Below are positions 59,257 to 64,000 of a stretch of DNA of 64,000 nucleotides, one piece after another. This stretch comes from Algibacter aquimarinus (lineage in GTDB: Bacteria > Bacteroidota > Bacteroidia > Flavobacteriales > Flavobacteriaceae): NCBI RefSeq assembly GCF_039543265.1, contig NZ_BAABJK010000004.1:1030003-1094002 (forward strand), read 5' to 3'. The notes under the pieces are model-generated. The model did no database searches and was not told the DNA's origin. It saw only the letters and a program-made list of their open reading frames with translations. Position numbers and translations under genes: made by a program. Numbering within the stretch: the stretch's first letter is position 1; every line of letters begins with the position of its first letter.

Positions 59257-59931
59257 ATGCTGTCATTTTTTAAGGAATACAAGAAGTTTGCTGTGGTTTT
59301 TGGTATCATATCAATCATTATAGTTGTTATAATTTATAATACTTTAAACACCTATAAACCATTAGATATTTATGCCCCAGCTCGAGTAAGTACAGAGTTG
59401 GTTGATAGTACAATTCAATACAAAAAGAAATATCATAAAATTGCCAATTTTGCCCTTACAAACCAAAATGGAAAAACCATTACCCAAAACGATTACAAGG
59501 ATAAAATTTATGTTGCCGATTTCTTTTTTACAACCTGCCAAACCATTTGCCCGATTATGACAAAAAACATGGTAGACATACAAAAAGAAATTTTAAATGA
59601 TGATGATGTTATGCTACTCTCACATTCTGTAACTCCTGAAATAGACACTGTTGCCCAACTAAAACGTTATGCTAAAAAAAAAGGTGTTAACGATAAAAAA
59701 TGGAATTTGGTTACTGGCGATAAAAAACAAATTTACCAACTAGCCAGAAAGAGTTATTTGGCTGTTAAAGACAACCCAAACGCAGGACCATTTGATATGG
59801 TACATACAGAAAACTTTATGCTTATTGACAAAAAAAGACAGATTAGAGGGTTTTACGATGGTACTAATAAAGAAGATATCGAGAAGCTTTTAAAAGACAT
59901 TAAACATCTAAAAAAAGAATACGACCAATAG
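59257..59931 (+). CDS. SCO1/SenC-family thioredoxin-fold copper chaperone
   Basis: N-terminal TM anchor and a CxxxC motif (FFFTTCQTICP) followed by a conserved His region; 224 aa. Confidence 0.75.
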   Translation: MLSFFKEYKKFAVVFGIISIIIVVIIYNTLNTYKPLDIYAPARVSTELVDSTIQYKKKYHKIANFALTNQNGKTITQNDYKDKIYVADFFFTTCQTICPIMTKNMVDIQKEILNDDDVMLLSHSVTPEIDTVAQLKRYAKKKGVNDKKWNLVTGDKKQIYQLARKSYLAVKDNPNAGPFDMVHTENFMLIDKKRQIRGFYDGTNKEDIEKLLKDIKHLKKEYDQ

Positions 59932-60003
59932 TTTTCTCTTTACAATTTTTTTACACTAAAATTTTACCTTATTTTTGCTTCTTTAAAATCAATCTAAATA
60001 AGC

Positions 60004-60237
60004 TTGCAAGACACTTTAGCACATTTAAAACGAGGCGAAACAGCTACTATTATTGATGTTTCATCAATTCACATTCCTTTAAAATTACTAGAAATGGGTT
60101 GCCTACCCGGGAATTCTGTTAAACTTGTGCAATTGGCTCCTTTTCAAGATCCCATGTATTTAAATATTAATGGATCGCATTTAGCTATTAGAAAAGAAAC
60201 GGCTTCTCATATTTTAATTAAAAAGAATAATGAGTAA
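60004..60237 (+). CDS. feoA: Ferrous iron transport protein A
   Basis: 77-aa SH3-like FeoA (LKRGETATIIDV…GCLPGNSVKLV) overlapping the feoB start. Confidence 0.85.
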   Translation: MQDTLAHLKRGETATIIDVSSIHIPLKLLEMGCLPGNSVKLVQLAPFQDPMYLNINGSHLAIRKETASHILIKKNNE

Positions 60238-62329
60238 GCAAATTAATGTCGCTTTAATAGGAAACCCCAATACAGGCAAAACTTCAGTGTTTAATGCTTT
60301 AACAGGATTAAACCAAAAAGTTGGAAATTATCCAGGAATTACGGTTGAAAAAAAGGAAGGAGTTTGCAAACTTCCGCGTGGGATTAAAGCACATATTATT
60401 GATTTACCTGGAACTTACAGTTTGAATGCTTCATCACTTGATGAAAATGTAGTTATTGAGCTTTTGCTAAATAAAAATGATAAAGATTTCCCAGATATTG
60501 CTGTAGTTGTAACAGATGTTGAAAATCTAAAACGTAACCTTTTACTATTTACACAAATTAAAGATTTAGAAATACCCACGGTTTTGGTTATAAACATGTC
60601 AGACCGCATGAGTTACAAAGGTATTTCTTTAGATATTGATTATTTAGAAGAAAAGCTACACACCAAAATTGCGCTTATTAGTACTAGAAAAAATGAAGGA
60701 ATTGACAACCTTAAAAGTTTAATTACAAATTACAAAGAGGTTTCTGTTAACCCTTGTATTGATTCTACAACTATAGACCCAGCGTATTTTGGAAACTTAA
60801 AAAAAGCATTCCCTAATCAGCTTTTGTATAAGCTCTGGTTAGTTATTACACAAGATGTAAATTTTGGAAAAACAGATAGAAAAGAAATTGATGCCGTTGC
60901 CGATTTTAAAACTAAAAGTAAAGCAGATTTAAAACGCTTGCAACAAAAAGAAACAATAAAACGATATCAATACATAAACAACGTTCTAAAAAAAGGACAA
61001 ACTATTGATGTTACACAAGCAAAAGATTTACGCTCTAAACTTGATCGAATATTAACACACAAAGTTTGGGGGTATGTTATTTTTGGACTCATTTTACTTA
61101 CTATTTTTCAAGCTATTTATGATTGGTCTAGTTTACCAATGGATTTTATAGATGGTGTTTTTGCATCTCTAAGCGAATGGGTGAAAGATATTTTACCAAG
61201 TGGAGCTTTTACTAGTTTAATAGCAGAAGGTATAATTCCTGGGCTTGGGGGCATTGTTATTTTTATACCACAAATTGCCTTTTTGTTCCTATTTATTGCG
61301 ATACTTGAAGAAAGTGGTTATATGAGTCGTGTAGTATTTTTAATGGACCGAATTATGCGGCGTTTCGGACTTAGTGGAAAAAGTGTTGTTCCATTAATTT
61401 CTGGAACCGCCTGTGCTATTCCTGCAATTATGGCAACTCGAAACATTGAAAGTTGGAAAGAACGCTTAATCACTATTTTAGTAACGCCCTTTACAACATG
61501 TTCTGCTAGACTGCCTGTTTATCTCATTATAATTGCTTTAGTAATACCTGAAGGACGTTTTTTTGGCTTAGGATATCAAGCTCTTACATTAATGCTTTTG
61601 TATCTTATAGGCTTTGCAACAGCTGTATTTTCTGCTTATATTTTAAATAGAATACTAAAAATAAAAAGCAAAACTTTTTTTGTTGTAGAAATGCCAAATT
61701 ACAAATTACCACTTTTTAAAAACGTAGTTTTAACGGTTATTGAAAAAACAAAATCATTCGTTTTTGGTGCTGGTAAAATAATTTTAGCCATTTCTATTAT
61801 ATTATGGTTTTTAGCATCTTACGGCCCTGGAGAAAAATTTAATAATGCTGAAAATATTGTTAAATCAGATGTTGCTTCTCAGAATTTAAGTGATGAAGAA
61901 TTACAACAAAAAATAGCATCTCATAAATTAGAGCATTCATTCATAGGTATTGCTGGTCATGCTATTGAACCTGTAATAAGACCTCTAGGTTACGATTGGA
62001 AAATTGGTATTGCCATAGTAAGTAGTTTTGCCGCTCGCGAAGTTTTCGTAGGAACCCTAGCTACAATTTACAGTGTTGGAAACGATGATGAAGACACCAT
62101 AAAAAACCGAATGGCAGGCGAAGTGAATCCTATTTTAGGCGGTCCATTATTTACTTTTGCTTCCGGGATTTCATTATTACTATTTTATGCCTTTGCCATG
62201 CAATGCATGAGTACTTTAGCCATTGTAAAACGTGAAACTAATAGTTGGAAGTGGCCAATTTTACAATTGGTGATTATGACAGCAATTGCTTATATTACAG
62301 CTTTAATAGCCTTTCAATTTTTAAAGTAA
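60230..62329 (+). CDS. feoB: Ferrous iron transporter B (G-protein domain plus a polytopic permease)
   Basis: G1 GNPNTGKTSVFNALTG, G3 DLPGTYS, and a large C-terminal membrane domain; 699 aa. Confidence 0.95.
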   Translation: MSKQINVALIGNPNTGKTSVFNALTGLNQKVGNYPGITVEKKEGVCKLPRGIKAHIIDLPGTYSLNASSLDENVVIELLLNKNDKDFPDIAVVVTDVENLKRNLLLFTQIKDLEIPTVLVINMSDRMSYKGISLDIDYLEEKLHTKIALISTRKNEGIDNLKSLITNYKEVSVNPCIDSTTIDPAYFGNLKKAFPNQLLYKLWLVITQDVNFGKTDRKEIDAVADFKTKSKADLKRLQQKETIKRYQYINNVLKKGQTIDVTQAKDLRSKLDRILTHKVWGYVIFGLILLTIFQAIYDWSSLPMDFIDGVFASLSEWVKDILPSGAFTSLIAEGIIPGLGGIVIFIPQIAFLFLFIAILEESGYMSRVVFLMDRIMRRFGLSGKSVVPLISGTACAIPAIMATRNIESWKERLITILVTPFTTCSARLPVYLIIIALVIPEGRFFGLGYQALTLMLLYLIGFATAVFSAYILNRILKIKSKTFFVVEMPNYKLPLFKNVVLTVIEKTKSFVFGAGKIILAISIILWFLASYGPGEKFNNAENIVKSDVASQNLSDEELQQKIASHKLEHSFIGIAGHAIEPVIRPLGYDWKIGIAIVSSFAAREVFVGTLATIYSVGNDDEDTIKNRMAGEVNPILGGPLFTFASGISLLLFYAFAMQCMSTLAIVKRETNSWKWPILQLVIMTAIAYITALIAFQFLK

Positions 62330-62330
62330 A

Positions 62331-62468
62331 ATGAATACTATAATTCAAAATATATTAGTTTTTTCTTCAATAGTTTTGGCTATTTCTTTTTTGGTTAAAA
62401 AATTCTTCTGGAAAAAAACGAAGCCCAAAAAAGCTTGTGGAGGAGATGATGGTTGTGGTTGTCATTAA
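62331..62468 (+). CDS. Unannotated 45-aa FeoB-associated Cys-rich membrane peptide
   Basis: ATG sits 2 nt after the feoB stop: MNTIIQNILVFSSIVLAISFLVKKFFWKKTKPKKACGGDDGCGCH. One TM helix plus a C-terminal Cys cluster. Below the 60-aa cut-off of the ORF track. Confidence 0.6.
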   Translation: MNTIIQNILVFSSIVLAISFLVKKFFWKKTKPKKACGGDDGCGCH

Positions 62469-62496
62469 AATCTATTACTTTAGTTTATAAGTACAC

Positions 62497-63402
62497 ATGA
62501 TAAACCTTTTTAGAATGAATAAGAGACCTTTACTGTTATTATTGTTTTTAGTATTAGTTTTTGGTGCATTTTCGCAACAAAATGATAAAACCCTAGAATT
62601 ATTAGATGCCAACTTAACATATTTCAACACGTTTATTGGTGTACCTCATAATACAATAGTTGGTTTACCAGAAGGCACGTTTCAATCAACTGATGTTACA
62701 AAAGGGAAACCACTAGGACTAAATAATGATATTAAACATGTTTTTACCACTACCAACAGAAACGGTGAAACCATATTAAATATTAGCGGCGAAATCTACG
62801 GATCTATTACCACAAAAGAAAATTACAGCAATTACCATTTTAGTACAATGTTTAGATGGGGTAACAAAAAATGGGAACCTAGACTCCTTAGAAAAAAAGA
62901 TACAGGAATTTTGTATCACAGTTATGGTGATTATGGTCGATTTTGGAACACCTGGAAAACATGTTTAGAATTTCAGGTACAAGAAACAGACCTTGGTGAT
63001 TTCATTTCTTTACCAGGCAATAGTGCTAAACCAAAAGTTGGTGGTCCAAAAGTAGACATTAGAGGAGATAATAAAGCTGAAACTAAACAATATAATCCAA
63101 ATTTTGATACGTATTTTGAAGGTAAAGGCTATATACATGCCTATTTAGAACCTCAGAATCCTCATGGTAACTGGAATCATTTAGAACTCTATGTAATTGG
63201 TAATGATGCAGTACATGTTGTAAATGGTAAAGTTGTAATGGTAGTAGAGAACGCCATTAACCCTGAAACTAATAAACCTCTAACTGAAGGACAAATACAA
63301 ATTCAATCTGAAGCTGCAGAATGTTATTATAAAGACATGACGATAACACCGATTACTGAATTTCCTGAATTCATTAAAAAAGCTGTTAAGTTCAAGCCAT
63401 AG
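62497..63402 (+). CDS. DUF1080-family (3-keto-disaccharide-hydrolase / laminin-G-like) secreted protein
   Basis: Signal peptide. The C-terminus GQIQIQSEAAECYYKDMTITPI matches the DUF1080 terminal beta-strand motif (G.I.LQ.H…FRNI.I); 301 aa. Confidence 0.55.
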   Translation: MINLFRMNKRPLLLLLFLVLVFGAFSQQNDKTLELLDANLTYFNTFIGVPHNTIVGLPEGTFQSTDVTKGKPLGLNNDIKHVFTTTNRNGETILNISGEIYGSITTKENYSNYHFSTMFRWGNKKWEPRLLRKKDTGILYHSYGDYGRFWNTWKTCLEFQVQETDLGDFISLPGNSAKPKVGGPKVDIRGDNKAETKQYNPNFDTYFEGKGYIHAYLEPQNPHGNWNHLELYVIGNDAVHVVNGKVVMVVENAINPETNKPLTEGQIQIQSEAAECYYKDMTITPITEFPEFIKKAVKFKP

Positions 63403-63431
63403 CCTTTATTTTATTAAAATAATTTTACATT

Positions 63432-63477
63432 AAAAGTTGACTTTTCTAACAATGAAAAGTCAACTTTTATTTTTTTT
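63432..63477 (+). terminator. Intrinsic terminator after the DUF1080 gene
   Basis: AAAAGTTGACTTTT-CTAACAATG-AAAAGTCAACTTTTATTTTTTTT. Confidence 0.8.
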
Positions 63478-63532
63478 AACTACATTTGAAAAAATATTTA
63501 AGCTTACTTAAAAAATTAATTAAAGCAACCTA

Positions 63533-64000
63533 ATGTCTGTAGCCATTGAAAATTTTGTAAAAGCTATTTACAAAAACGGAAAACGAAATCAAAACGATAC
63601 CAAACCAGGTAATATCGCTAAAGAACTAGGTATATCTAATGCCGCGGCTACCGATATGGCTAAAAAATTAGCCCTTAAAAACCTTATTGACTATGAAAAA
63701 TATCAAGAGCTAAAACTTACAGATAAAGGCACTAAAATGGCTTTAAATGTTGTACGGAAACACCGTCTTTGGGAAGCACTTTTATTCAAACTCTTTGATT
63801 TATCATTACACGACATACATAGAGAAGCCGAATTGTTAGAACATCAAACCTCTGATTTGCTTGCCAATACAATAAGCGAATATCTTGGTAACCCAAAATT
63901 TGATCCGCATGGCGACCCTATTCCAAACGCTAAGGGAGAAATAACTACAATTGATACATCTATTGCATTATCAAATACACAAGAAGGGCAGACTTACACT
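63533..64000 (+). CDS. DtxR/MntR-family metal-dependent transcriptional repressor, N-terminal ~155 aa (gene runs past the window end)
   Basis: MSVAIENFVKAIYKNGKRNQNDTKPGNIAKELGISNAAATDMAKKLALKNLIDYEKYQELKLTDKGTKMALNVVRKHRLWE… is a DtxR-type HTH and dimerisation domain. The frame is open to 64000. Confidence 0.7.
   Translation, partial: MSVAIENFVKAIYKNGKRNQNDTKPGNIAKELGISNAAATDMAKKLALKNLIDYEKYQELKLTDKGTKMALNVVRKHRLWEALLFKLFDLSLHDIHREAELLEHQTSDLLANTISEYLGNPKFDPHGDPIPNAKGEITTIDTSIALSNTQEGQTYT

Overview
The window reads as a low-GC Flavobacteriaceae-type (Bacteroidota) chromosomal segment. The basis is T9SS type-A and type-B C-terminal sorting domains, a PorZ-like propeller protein, many TonB-dependent receptors, and genes packed tightly with intrinsic terminators. 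Most of it is conserved core and housekeeping: radA, panCD, glmS, atpDC, umuDC, recX, recO, gdhA, rseP, feoAB and one tRNA-Asn. I found no transposase, integrase, CRISPR array or recognisable defence system. The most unusual region is 51.5-57.5 kb, a duplicated module of small envelope-protein genes on the minus strand. Both copies carry a YceI-like lipocalin, an OB-fold (tRNA_anti-like) lipoprotein and a paralogous outer-membrane beta-barrel. The longer copy adds a CxxCH cytochrome-c-domain lipoprotein and a Cys-rich HMA-like protein. This module is divergently transcribed from a membrane-anchored LytTR regulator and sits next to tRNA-Asn and a metal-homeostasis neighbourhood (SCO1/SenC, FeoA, FeoB, an unannotated FeoB-associated Cys-rich 45-aa peptide, and a DtxR-family repressor). 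Other points worth a second look: a 941-aa lectin/T9SS surface protein with near-identical ~198-bp tandem repeats; a 582-bp convergent intergenic gap carrying an orphan intrinsic terminator (candidate sRNA or small-protein gene); tandem DUF2975 membrane proteins with an XRE-type HTH regulator; and a translationally coupled GT-C membrane glycosyltransferase plus FAD-oxidoreductase pair. All calls rest on reading the supplied translations and the DNA by eye. No database search was run.
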